Shown here: positions 27,170 through 37,588 of the stretch, piece after piece
Layout: each line of letters begins with the position of its first letter
Position numbering within the stretch: position 1 is the first letter of the stretch
Assembly (NCBI RefSeq): GCF_055900595.2
Contig: NZ_CM148325.1
Reading direction: 5' to 3' (one strand)
DNA: 64,000 nt
The notes under the pieces: generated by a model
The model's input: the letters and a program-made list of their open reading frames with translations, nothing else
The model's database searches: none
What the model was told of the DNA's origin: nothing
Made by a program: the position numbers and the translations under genes

Positions 27170-28180
27170 TCAGTGCTGCCGCAAAAAGTCTTCAATGTCA
27201 GTCAGTGAGGATACCCCTTCCATCGGACCTTGTCGCATTACGGCGAGCGCGCCGCTGGCATTTGCATATTGCAGCGCCTTGTGTGCCGGGATACCGGATA
27301 AGAAAAGAGTGACAAACGTTGCGCCAAAGCAGTCGCCTGCACCCGTTGGATCGATTATTTCGATATCGTGGCCTGCAACATGCTGGGCGTGTAATGTTCC
27401 GTTTTTAAGCTTGTAATAGCTGGCCCCACGCTGGGCGCGTTTTATCGCCACATGTTTTACGCCGCCGTGGAGAAGATCGCTAACAATCTGTTCTTCTGAC
27501 AGATTTTTGTGACGCGCGAAGAAAGGGAGTTCGCTTTCGCTGGGGATAAAAATATCCGTATATTCAATCAAATAATCGAGAGCCTGCGCCATTTCAGGAA
27601 TACTCAGCATCTCTTTGCGAATATTGGGATCGAAAGAAACGGTGCCGCCAGCCGATTTGATCGTCGTTATTGCTTTACGCATGACATCGATCATGCGAAA
27701 TGAGAACAATGATGAGCCCACAATATGCAGATGGTTACACTGTTTTAGCAGATCCTTATCAATGTGCTCGGCAGTAAACAAACCGCAGGCGCTGTTAGGG
27801 ATATTAAAGACGAAATCCCGCTGCTGGGGATTTTGATAACTCACGAATGCCGTACCTGTTACGGCATTGTTCATAACATGGATCCCATCGGTAATGACAC
27901 CTTCATGACGGAGGCGCTCTATAATGAGTCGGCCAAAATCATCATTACCAACACATCCGAAGAAGATGGCCCGATGGGACAGTTTTGCCACCTGAGCAGC
28001 AAAAATTGCTGGTGCACCGCTGGGAAATGGCCCGATAAACTCCCCAGGCTGAGTGAATTTTTGATGTGGGTTGCGGGACAAAAACTCGGCCAGCAATTCG
28101 CCCATAGCGCAGATAGTTATTGTCACAAAACCCCTCTCATTCCTGAAGCCTTTCGCGATTGGACCAGGTAAAGCACTCAT
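27170..28180 (-). CDS. PfkB-family carbohydrate kinase (island kinase A)
   Basis: 336-aa ORF; PfkB signature DPTGAGDCFG and the GG dipeptide region; paralogous to 33661-34623; true start may lie at an internal GTG or ATG 18-25 codons downstream (alignment with the paralog starts near TITICAMGELL). Confidence 0.85.
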   Translation of the reverse strand: MSALPGPIAKGFRNERGFVTITICAMGELLAEFLSRNPHQKFTQPGEFIGPFPSGAPAIFAAQVAKLSHRAIFFGCVGNDDFGRLIIERLRHEGVITDGIHVMNNAVTGTAFVSYQNPQQRDFVFNIPNSACGLFTAEHIDKDLLKQCNHLHIVGSSLFSFRMIDVMRKAITTIKSAGGTVSFDPNIRKEMLSIPEMAQALDYLIEYTDIFIPSESELPFFARHKNLSEEQIVSDLLHGGVKHVAIKRAQRGASYYKLKNGTLHAQHVAGHDIEIIDPTGAGDCFGATFVTLFLSGIPAHKALQYANASGALAVMRQGPMEGVSSLTDIEDFLRQH

Positions 28181-28967
28181 TACTGGTATAAAGGATAACG
28201 AAATCAGCCGACTGCAATTGTTGCTGATATTGTTCGTTAATGCTGCGGCTGACGATCACATTTTCTGCCTGATGCAAATGTCCAATGGCAGCCGTTGATG
28301 GCGCAGGATCGGCGGCAACGATAACTGTCTTATTCTGGGCATGATCGAAACAGAGCTGCCAGGCAGCGGCAAGTCTGGGAACGTTGATATTTAAAGTACC
28401 ATCAGCATCCAGATGGCTGATTTCCAGAATGCTGTGTGTAATGGTGAAATGCTGAAGTGCCTGTTCGAGCGGTTTTCCGGCCAGTGCGGTGTCGGGGCGC
28501 AGCATTTCACTGCCAGCCAGTATTATTTCGCCATCAATAAACTGATTTGCCAGCAGCGCATGTTCGGGATCGTTGGTGATCAGACGCAGTTTTTTCACTT
28601 CGCTGAGCAATGGAATGATCTTACGGCAGATTGTCCCATGTCCAAGAAATAGCGTGTCACGATCGCGAATTAACCGTGCGCAATGTCGTGCTATTTCCAT
28701 TTGTTGTGCCAGAGACAATGGCGCGATCGGTTGTATCGCTTCTGGTTCAGAGGAGAGGGGGGTCGCAATAGCACCGCCAAATGATCGCTTTAAATATCCC
28801 TGTTGCTCCAGATAACTGAGATCGCCGCGGATCGTCACGCCAGAGACACCAAGTTGCGCAGATAAGTCATCAACTTTGATTTCACCCTGGGCGGCAACAA
28901 TTTCTGCAATTTTTAATCTGCGTTTCAGTAGGTTAGACGATTTTCTCGGCACGTTAACACTCTTCAT
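28137..28967 (-). CDS. DeoR-family transcriptional regulator
   Basis: 276 aa; N-terminal DeoR-type winged HTH (RRLKIAEIVAAQGEIKVDDLSAQLGVSGVTIRGDLSYLEQQGYL), C-terminal sugar-phosphate-binding-like domain; upstream of kinase A and divergent from the aldolase-transporter operon. Confidence 0.85.
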   Translation of the reverse strand: MKSVNVPRKSSNLLKRRLKIAEIVAAQGEIKVDDLSAQLGVSGVTIRGDLSYLEQQGYLKRSFGGAIATPLSSEPEAIQPIAPLSLAQQMEIARHCARLIRDRDTLFLGHGTICRKIIPLLSEVKKLRLITNDPEHALLANQFIDGEIILAGSEMLRPDTALAGKPLEQALQHFTITHSILEISHLDADGTLNINVPRLAAAWQLCFDHAQNKTVIVAADPAPSTAAIGHLHQAENVIVSRSINEQYQQQLQSADFVILYTSNECFTWSNRERLQE

Positions 28968-29281
28968 TGGCCTTTAATGCGTAACACTATAGCCCCTTGT
29001 ATTTTTCTTTGAAAGTTATCCTTCAATAATATCGACAATTCGAAAAGGAAATCATGGGCCAGAAATCGCAACGAAAATAGCTTAATGCATTGAAAAATAG
29101 ATGAATTAATTCATATTTATGCAGAGGTGTTATTGGTTTCACTTGCAAAGTGAAAAACAAATTAAGTTATTTTTTGTAAGTTATTTTGATGATATTCGAC
29201 ATGTATCACGCTTTTTACCGCTTTTGCTGTGCTAGTTTGCTTTCAAAATGAAAGTGAAGATTCTCTTTCTTCATTTTGTAA

Positions 29282-30163
<882 letters not shown>

Positions 30164-30198
30164 GACGTTGTACCCTACAAAAACAATGAGGATTGTTT

Positions 30199-31089
30199 AT
30201 GAAAAATATTAAATTACTTGGTTCCGCTATGATGGTGAGCCTGGCATTGTTCTCGCAAAGTTCATTGGCAAAAGAGTATAAAATTGGAGCTTCATTATTA
30301 ACACAGCAACACCCTTTTTATATCGACCTCGCAAATGCAATGAAAGAAGAGGCGAAAAAAGACAATGTCAATTTAAGTGTCTCTATTGCCAATCAGGATT
30401 TAAACAAACAGCTTTCTGATGTTGAGGATTTTATTACTAAAAAGGTAGATGCCATTATTATCTCTCCGGTCGATTCGAAAGGTGTCCAGGCAGCGATAAT
30501 TAAAGCCGATAAGGCTGGTATTCCCGTTATCACCGTTGACGTTGCCGCGGAAGGCGTTCCGGTCGTATCGCATGTTGCGACCGATAATTACGCGGGTGGC
30601 GTTGAAGCTGGTAAGTTAATGGGCAAACTTTTGAATGGTAAAGGTACTGTAGCCATTATTTCTTATCCTGCACTACAATCGGTGGTTGCACGCGTTGATG
30701 GCTTTAAGAAAGGATTAAGCGATACGCCGGATATTAAAATTGTTGCTGAACAGCCGGGTATAACGCGGGCTGAAGCGTTAACGACTGCGCAAAACATTAT
30801 GCAGGCCAACGCCAACCTGAATGGTCTGTTTGGCTTTGGTGATGATGCGGCGCTGGCGGCGGTTATAGCGGCGAAATCTGCGCATAACGACAACATCAAA
30901 ATCATTGGTTTTGATGGTATGAAAGAAGCGCGAGATGCCGTTGATAGTGAAAAAACGTTTGCGGCCGTGATTCGGCAATATCCCGATCAAATGGGTGCTA
31001 AAGCCATTGATGCCGCTGTTGATCACCTCAATGGTAAACCGGTAGAGAAAATGATCCCGGTACAACCCGGCGTTTATACAGGTAAATAA
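30199..31089 (+). CDS. periplasmic sugar-binding protein of ABC transporter (RbsB-like)
   Basis: ATG at 30199 with GAGGA Shine-Dalgarno; signal peptide MKNIKLLGSAMMVSLALFSQSSLA then KEYKIGAS...; the track ORF starts 2 codons upstream at an alternative codon. Confidence 0.85.
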   Translation: MKNIKLLGSAMMVSLALFSQSSLAKEYKIGASLLTQQHPFYIDLANAMKEEAKKDNVNLSVSIANQDLNKQLSDVEDFITKKVDAIIISPVDSKGVQAAIIKADKAGIPVITVDVAAEGVPVVSHVATDNYAGGVEAGKLMGKLLNGKGTVAIISYPALQSVVARVDGFKKGLSDTPDIKIVAEQPGITRAEALTTAQNIMQANANLNGLFGFGDDAALAAVIAAKSAHNDNIKIIGFDGMKEARDAVDSEKTFAAVIRQYPDQMGAKAIDAAVDHLNGKPVEKMIPVQPGVYTGK

Positions 31090-31104
31090 TAAACATCTTC
31101 ATTT

Positions 31105-31135
31105 CACAACAAAACGTTATCGACGTTTTGTTGTG
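31105..31135 (+). other. intercistronic stem-loop between binding-protein and ATPase genes
   Basis: 13-bp perfect inverted repeat CACAACAAAACGT / ACGTTTTGTTGTG with a 5-nt loop, read directly. Confidence 0.7.
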
Positions 31136-31149
31136 ACACCGAGGTCATT

Positions 31150-32649
31150 ATGACGGATGTTATTCTTGATGTTTCGCATATTGCGAAGACATTTGGTCAT
31201 GTTCAGGCATTAAAAGATATTACACTCTCTTTACGTAAAGGGCGGGTACATACTTTATTAGGTGAGAATGGTGCCGGTAAATCGACATTAATGAAAATAT
31301 TGGCCGGTGTTTATCCGCCAACCCAGGGAACAATAAAACTACGTGGTGAAACTATCACAATTAATAATCCGCAGCATTCACGTCAGTTAGGGATTGCTAT
31401 TATTTTTCAGGAACTGAGCCTGAGTAATAATATGACAGTGGCGGAAAATATTTATGCCAATAATGAACCGCGACGTTTTGGCATTATTAACGATAAAAAA
31501 ATGCTCGCAGATTGCCAGAATCTCCTCGCGGAACTGGGCATCCCACTGGATCCGCTGGAAATGGTCGGCAATATGTCGATGGCACATAGGCAACTGGTAG
31601 AAATTGCCAAAGCCTTAAGCTATGCAGCAGATGTCGTGATTATGGATGAACCGACATCTTCGCTAAGTGATAATGAAGCAGAGATTCTGTTTAACATTAT
31701 TGAGAAATTAAAGCAGCGAGGTTGTGCGGTTATTTATATCTCTCATCGCATGGATGAAATTATGCGGATTTCAGATGATATTTCGGTGATCCGCGACGGT
31801 GAGTATATCGCTACGCATGAAAAGAAAAACAGTGATATCCAGCATTTGATTGCCCAAATGGTTGGTCGGGAAATGAAAAATATTTGGCCAGCACGTCTTG
31901 GGGAAAAGCCGGATGAAAATGTTCCTGCAAAACTGGAAGTAAAAAACCTTTCCCATCCTTCGCTTTTTAAAGAGGTCAGTTTCGCTGTGCGTCCGGGGGA
32001 AGTCCTCGGATTTTTTGGCCTGGTGGGGGCCGGGCGTTCCGATGTGATGAAGGCGCTATTTGGCCTCGTTTCGTATCACGGGACTGTGTTGATTGATGGT
32101 AAGGAAGTCAGGATCGCTAATCCCAAACAGGCTATTGATCATGGCATTGCTTTTGTGACCGAAAACCGCAAGGAAGAAGGGTTAGTGCTGATGCACGACG
32201 TCAATATGAACACGCACCATGTGGCGTTTCAATATAACGCTTCGCGGATGGGACTCATCAATCACCGACAAGAAGAGGCGAAGACGCTGCAATCTATTGC
32301 CAGAATGAACACTAAAGTGAGTTCTGTACATCAGGCAGTGGGAGCGCTGAGCGGCGGTAATCAACAGAAAATCGTGTTATCCAAGTGGCTGGAGAAAACT
32401 CCGCGTATTTTATTGCTCGATGAGCCAACGCGCGGAGTGGATGTCGGCGCAAAATTTGAAATCTATAACGTGATACGTCAACTGGCTGCGGCAGGGACAG
32501 CAATTATTCTGGTGTCCTCTGAACTGCCAGAGGTCATGGCACTTAGCGATCGTCTGGTGGTAATGCGTAATAAAACGATTGCCGATATTTATTCATGTGA
32601 AAATTTAACGCAGACACAGGTAATGACCGCTGCAACAGGAGTACGTTAA
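31150..32649 (+). CDS. sugar ABC transporter ATP-binding protein with tandem ABC domains (CUT2 type, RbsA-like)
   Basis: 499 aa; Walker A GENGAGKST (N-domain) and GLVGAGRS (C-domain), signature LSGGNQQK, Walker B LLLDEPTRGVD. Confidence 0.9.
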   Translation: MTDVILDVSHIAKTFGHVQALKDITLSLRKGRVHTLLGENGAGKSTLMKILAGVYPPTQGTIKLRGETITINNPQHSRQLGIAIIFQELSLSNNMTVAENIYANNEPRRFGIINDKKMLADCQNLLAELGIPLDPLEMVGNMSMAHRQLVEIAKALSYAADVVIMDEPTSSLSDNEAEILFNIIEKLKQRGCAVIYISHRMDEIMRISDDISVIRDGEYIATHEKKNSDIQHLIAQMVGREMKNIWPARLGEKPDENVPAKLEVKNLSHPSLFKEVSFAVRPGEVLGFFGLVGAGRSDVMKALFGLVSYHGTVLIDGKEVRIANPKQAIDHGIAFVTENRKEEGLVLMHDVNMNTHHVAFQYNASRMGLINHRQEEAKTLQSIARMNTKVSSVHQAVGALSGGNQQKIVLSKWLEKTPRILLLDEPTRGVDVGAKFEIYNVIRQLAAAGTAIILVSSELPEVMALSDRLVVMRNKTIADIYSCENLTQTQVMTAATGVR

Positions 32650-33639
32650 ATGACAGAGAAAACTCTTGCCAGTCCGAAACCTTCGGAAATTCCCATTGCA
32701 AATAATTTTAAAAAAGTCTTCAGGCAATATGGCGGTATCCTCAGTGGAATGGTGGTGTTAATCATTCTGTTCAGTCTTATTAATGACAGTTTTTTTACTG
32801 CCAATAACATTACTAATATTATTCTTCAGGTTTCGATAATTGCAATTACCGCCTATGGAATGACTTATGTACTTTTGCTTGGCGATATTGATTTATCAGT
32901 CGGTTCAACCATTGCATTGATTGGCACATTTGCTGCGCTTGGGGCTTCATGGGGAATTCCATTTATTTTATTGGTCCCATTATCCATTATTGCAGCCCTG
33001 GCTCTGGGGATGATAAATGGTGGCTTGACGGCTATAGCGGGTATCCCTTCGTTTATTGTCACCGTTGCTACAATGGGGATCTTCCGTGGTATCGCTTATA
33101 TAGTGACCGATGGTATGCCCATCATGATTAAAGATGATGCCTTTCTGGCGCTGGGGAATGGAGAATTTCTCTATATACCTATTCCTATCTGGATATTAAT
33201 CATCTTATTGCTGATTAACCACTTCATTCTTACTAAAACAACCTTTGGACGAAAAATTTATATCACTGGTGGTAATAAAGAAGCGGCAGTTTATTCAGGG
33301 ATAAATGTCACCCGCTTGAAAATTAAAGTCTTTATGATTACTGCAGTGCTGGCAGGTATCAGCGGGATGATCCTCGCCTCACGCCTCTATTCCGGGCAAC
33401 CGAATTCCGCGTTGAGCTACGAACTGGATGCTATTGCCGCGGCTGTACTGGGAGGCACCAGCCTGAACGGCGGCTATGGAACGGTGGTGGGGACGGTAAT
33501 CGGGGCATTAACCATCGGCGTTATTAATAATGGCATGAACTTAATGAACGTTCCCTATTTCTATCAGATGGTGGTTAAAGGATTAGTCATTCTTGTAGCC
33601 GTTTATTTTGACGTAAGAAATAAAAGAAAACGTAGCTAA
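32650..33639 (+). CDS. sugar ABC transporter permease (RbsC-like)
   Basis: 329-aa hydrophobic multi-pass protein; the ATG directly abuts the ATPase stop (TAAATG). Confidence 0.88.
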   Translation: MTEKTLASPKPSEIPIANNFKKVFRQYGGILSGMVVLIILFSLINDSFFTANNITNIILQVSIIAITAYGMTYVLLLGDIDLSVGSTIALIGTFAALGASWGIPFILLVPLSIIAALALGMINGGLTAIAGIPSFIVTVATMGIFRGIAYIVTDGMPIMIKDDAFLALGNGEFLYIPIPIWILIILLLINHFILTKTTFGRKIYITGGNKEAAVYSGINVTRLKIKVFMITAVLAGISGMILASRLYSGQPNSALSYELDAIAAAVLGGTSLNGGYGTVVGTVIGALTIGVINNGMNLMNVPYFYQMVVKGLVILVAVYFDVRNKRKRS

Positions 33640-33660
33640 TCATTTCAAGGAATTAATTAT

Positions 33661-34623
33661 ATGAGTAAGGTCTTCACAATTGGAGAAATTCTGGTTGAAA
33701 TTATGGCGAGTAAAATCGGCCAGCCATTTGATCAACCAGGTATCTGGAACGGCCCTTATCCCAGTGGTGCGCCCGCTATTTTTATCGACCAGGTGACACG
33801 TCTTGGTGTTCCGTGCGGCATCATTAGCTGTGTGGGGAATGATGGCTTTGGTGATATTAATATACATCGTCTGGCTGCTGATGGTGTGGATATCAGGGGG
33901 ATTTCAGTCTTACCTCTGGAAGCCACCGGGAGTGCCTTTGTTACTTATCATAACTCTGGCGATCGCGATTTTATTTTTAATATCAAGAATGCCGCTTGCG
34001 GTAAATTATCGGCGCAGCATGTTGATGAAAATATACTGAAAGACTGTACCCATTTTCATATTATGGGCTCATCCCTGTTTTCATTTCATATGGTAGACGC
34101 AGTAAAAAAAGCAGTAACCATCGTTAAAGCAAATGGTGGCGTTATTTCTTTCGACCCGAATATTCGTAAAGAGATGCTCGATATTCCAGAAATGCGTGAC
34201 GCCCTCCACTTTGTTCTTGAGTTAACAGATATCTATATGCCCAGCGAGGGAGAAGTGTTGCTCTTGTCGCCACACTCGACACCGGAGCGTGCAATCGCTG
34301 GTTTTCTTGAAGAAGGTGTTAAAGAGGTGATTGTGAAGCGCGGCAATCAAGGTGCCAGTTACTACTCCGCGAATGAGCAGTTTCATGTTGAGAGCTATCC
34401 GGTGGAAGAAGTTGACCCGACCGGTGCGGGAGACTGCTTTGGTGGCGCGTGGATTGCCTGCCGCCAGCTAGGGTTTGACGCCCATCGGGCATTACAATAT
34501 GCCAACGCCTGCGGTGCACTGGCGGTAACCCGACGTGGCCCAATGGAGGGAACGTCTCGCCTTGCGGAAATCGAAGCGTTCATCCAGCGCCATGACATGT
34601 CCATTCGGGAAGCAGCACAATGA
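33661..34623 (+). CDS. PfkB-family carbohydrate kinase (island kinase B)
   Basis: 320 aa; DPTGAGDCFG signature; shares long identical stretches with kinase A (PYPSGAPAIF, GSSLFSF, SFDPNIRKEML, ALQYANA, GPMEG). Confidence 0.9.
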   Translation: MSKVFTIGEILVEIMASKIGQPFDQPGIWNGPYPSGAPAIFIDQVTRLGVPCGIISCVGNDGFGDINIHRLAADGVDIRGISVLPLEATGSAFVTYHNSGDRDFIFNIKNAACGKLSAQHVDENILKDCTHFHIMGSSLFSFHMVDAVKKAVTIVKANGGVISFDPNIRKEMLDIPEMRDALHFVLELTDIYMPSEGEVLLLSPHSTPERAIAGFLEEGVKEVIVKRGNQGASYYSANEQFHVESYPVEEVDPTGAGDCFGGAWIACRQLGFDAHRALQYANACGALAVTRRGPMEGTSRLAEIEAFIQRHDMSIREAAQ

Positions 34624-35666
34624 AAAACGAAATTTGGTCGTGGATTGGCGATCTCTCGCAGGTTGCCGGAATTAAACACTATGAGTTACGCAGTGGCAGA
34701 TCAAAGGGGACAGAAGCGTTTGATGTCCGTACTGGTGCGGGATTGGCATTTACGGTGGTAAAAGATCGCGCGCTGGATATTGCATGGGCCAGCTACAAGG
34801 ACACTGCGCTCTCTTTTATCACCCCCAACGGCATTGTCGCCCCCGCTTTTTTTGAGTCTCAGGGCAACGGGTTTTTACGTAGCTTCTACGCGGGGTTACT
34901 GACTACCTGCGGACTTAGCTACATTGGCACGCCCTGTGAGGATAACGGAGAAACGCTGGGGTTACACGGGCGTTTGGCTGCGACTCCAGCAGAAGAGGTG
35001 GGGTATCGCACAGAACGGACCGACGACGGCATTGAATTTGTCATCAATGGCAAAGTACGGGAAACACGATTGTTCGGTGAAAATCTGACGCTGGAAAGGA
35101 CCATTCGCTGCCGTTATGGCGAAAATGTGCTGCGCATTGAAGACAAGGTGACTAATCATGGTTTCACCCGCCAGCCGCTGCAAATTCTTTATCACTTTAA
35201 TTACGGCTGGCCTTTATTATCGCCACAGGCAGAAATCTTGCTGTCGGCTAAAAGCGTAACGCCACGAACCCCGCATGCGGCGGAAGGGTTAACCAGTCAT
35301 CTGGAGATTTGTACCCCACAGCCCAGTTTTGACGAGCAGGTTTACTATCTCACGTTGAATAGCGACAGTCAGGGGATGAGTAAAGTTGCGCTGGTGAACG
35401 CCGAACTGGGGTGGGGAATTTACGAGAAATTCGACACCATGCAGCTACCCAACTTTATCCAGTGGAAAAATTTAGGCGCGGGTGAATATGTTATGGGGCT
35501 GGAGGTCAGCAATAGTTTTCCTGACGGTCGTGATAAAGAACGAGCGCAGGGGCGTCTGCCCTTTATAGAGCCAGGGGAAACAAAGACATACTGCTTTGAG
35601 CTGGGAATTGTTGATGGCGATGCTGAAATTAGCGCGTTGAAAGCGGAAATTGCAAGCTACCGTTAG
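34620..35666 (+). CDS. conserved protein of unknown function; possibly an aldose-epimerase-like fold (DUF4432-type), not verified
   Basis: 348-aa ORF whose ATG overlaps the kinase B stop (ATGA); no recognisable catalytic motif by eye; the family assignment is a guess from memory. Confidence 0.6.
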   Translation: MKNEIWSWIGDLSQVAGIKHYELRSGRSKGTEAFDVRTGAGLAFTVVKDRALDIAWASYKDTALSFITPNGIVAPAFFESQGNGFLRSFYAGLLTTCGLSYIGTPCEDNGETLGLHGRLAATPAEEVGYRTERTDDGIEFVINGKVRETRLFGENLTLERTIRCRYGENVLRIEDKVTNHGFTRQPLQILYHFNYGWPLLSPQAEILLSAKSVTPRTPHAAEGLTSHLEICTPQPSFDEQVYYLTLNSDSQGMSKVALVNAELGWGIYEKFDTMQLPNFIQWKNLGAGEYVMGLEVSNSFPDGRDKERAQGRLPFIEPGETKTYCFELGIVDGDAEISALKAEIASYR

Positions 35667-35682
35667 CTAACGGCAATAAAAA

Positions 35683-35709
35683 CGCCGGGCAGCGTTAACA
35701 GGCCCGGCG
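35683..35709. terminator. hairpin between the convergent island operon and accC; likely bidirectional terminator
   Basis: CGCCGGGC / GCCCGGCG inverted repeat, an A-tract on one side and TT on the other. Confidence 0.6.
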
Positions 35710-35757
35710 TTGATTACGTTCTTTGCTAAGCGCGATGAAAACACCGCGCGTCACAAA

Positions 35758-37107
35758 TTATTTTTCCTGAAGACCGAGTTTTTTCTCCAGATAGTGGATG
35801 TTAGTGCCACCATGCTGGAAGTTCTCGTCATTCATGATGCGGATCTGCAGATCAACGTTGGTTTTGATACCGTCGATGATCAGCTCCTGCAGCGCATTCT
35901 TCATGCGGGCAATCGCCACGTCACGGTTTTCACCGTAGCAAATCAGCTTACCGATCATTGAGTCATAGTACGGCGGTACGGTGTAGCCCGCGTAGATATG
36001 AGACTCCCAACGCACGCCAAAACCGCCAGGTGCATGGAAACGGGTGATTTTGCCCGGGCTTGGCAGGAAGGTGTTAGGATCCTCGGCGTTAATACGGCAT
36101 TCCACCGCATGGCCGCGAACGTGAACTTCTTCTTGCTTGATCGACAGCGGCTGACCAGCAGCAATACGCAGTTGTTCTTTGATCAGGTCAACACCGGTGA
36201 TCATTTCAGTAACCGGGTGTTCTACCTGAATACGGGTGTTCATTTCGATGAAATAGAACTCGCCGTTTTCGAACAGAAACTCGAAAGTACCTGCACCGCG
36301 ATAGCCGATATCAACACACGCTTTAGCACAACGTTCACCGATGTAGCGACGCAGTTCCGGGGTAATGCCCGGTGCTGGCGCTTCTTCGACCACTTTCTGG
36401 TGACGACGCTGCATAGAGCAGTCACGTTCCGCCAGATAGATAGCGTTGCCCTGACCGTCCGCCAGTACCTGGATCTCGACGTGGCGAGGATTTTCCAGGT
36501 ATTTCTCCATGTAAACCATGTCGTTATTGAAAGCGGCTTTCGCTTCCGCACGGGTCATGGAGATGGATTGCGCCAGTTCAGCGTCGCCGCGTACTACACG
36601 CATACCACGACCGCCGCCGCCGCCGGAGGCTTTGATAATCACCGGGTAACCAATGCGTTTTGCAATGGCGCGGTTTTTATCCATATCGTCGCCCAGCGGG
36701 CCGTCAGAACCTGGTACGCAAGGAACGCCCGCTTTTTTCATCGCCGCGATTGCTGATACTTTATCGCCCATCAGGCGAATGGTTTCGGCTTTCGGGCCGA
36801 TGAAGATAAAGCCGGAGCGTTCAACCTGCTCGGCAAAATTGGCGTTCTCGGAGAGGAAGCCGTAACCCGGATGGATTGCTACTGCGCCGGTGATTTCAGC
36901 GGCGCTGATGATTGCCGGGATGTTCAGATAACTTTTTACTGACGGAGCAGGGCCGATACAGACCGTTTCGTCTGCCAGTAATACGTGTTTTAGATCGCGA
37001 TCCGCACTGGAGTGCACAGCGACAGTCTTGATGCCCAGTTCTTTACAGGCACGAAGAATACGCAATGCAATCTCGCCGCGGTTGGCAATAACAATTTTAT
37101 CCAGCAT
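35758..37107 (-). CDS. accC: biotin carboxylase subunit of acetyl-CoA carboxylase
   Basis: 449 aa from [33 protein letters not shown]; the track ORF carries a 13-codon upstream extension. Confidence 0.97.
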   Translation of the reverse strand: MLDKIVIANRGEIALRILRACKELGIKTVAVHSSADRDLKHVLLADETVCIGPAPSVKSYLNIPAIISAAEITGAVAIHPGYGFLSENANFAEQVERSGFIFIGPKAETIRLMGDKVSAIAAMKKAGVPCVPGSDGPLGDDMDKNRAIAKRIGYPVIIKASGGGGGRGMRVVRGDAELAQSISMTRAEAKAAFNNDMVYMEKYLENPRHVEIQVLADGQGNAIYLAERDCSMQRRHQKVVEEAPAPGITPELRRYIGERCAKACVDIGYRGAGTFEFLFENGEFYFIEMNTRIQVEHPVTEMITGVDLIKEQLRIAAGQPLSIKQEEVHVRGHAVECRINAEDPNTFLPSPGKITRFHAPGGFGVRWESHIYAGYTVPPYYDSMIGKLICYGENRDVAIARMKNALQELIIDGIKTNVDLQIRIMNDENFQHGGTNIHYLEKKLGLQEK

Positions 37108-37117
37108 GTTCGCCTCG

Positions 37118-37588
37118 TTACTCGATGACGACCAGCGGCTCGTCAAATTCTACCGGTTGTCCACTTTCGACCAGAATTGCTTTCACGGTACCGGATTTGT
37201 CCGCTTCGATCTGGTTCATCATTTTCATGGCTTCAACGATGCACAGGGTATCGCCCACGTTGACTTTCTGACCCACTTCGATGAACGCTTTTGCGTCCGG
37301 GCTTGGGGTGCGGTAGAAAGTACCAACCATCGGGGAACGTACGATGTGACCACTGATTTCCGCTGCTGCTGGCGCTTCCATGGAAGGAACGGTCGCCGGA
37401 GCGGCTGCGTTAGATTGAGCTGGCTGCTGCATCATTGGTGCAGCGTAAGCTTGTTGCATCACAGGGAAACTTGCGGCAGGAGCTGCACGGCTGATGCGTA
37501 CTGACTCTTCGCCTTCGGAGATTTCCAGTTCGGAGATGCCTGATTCTTCAACCAGCTCGATCAGTTTTTTAATCTTACGAATATCCAT
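37118..37588 (-). CDS. accB: biotin carboxyl carrier protein
   Basis: 156 aa; Ala/Pro-rich linker and biotinylation motif EAMKM. Confidence 0.97.

Noticed and set aside
35998-36756. 252-aa plus-strand ORF antisense to accC; similar long antisense ORFs inside yhdP (47277-47930, 50179-50748), acrE (19809-20426), mreC (43315-43935), mreB (42110-42628) and dusB (23303-24086)
   Set aside because: Shadow ORFs on the opposite strand of well-supported genes; no independent start signals or recognisable domains
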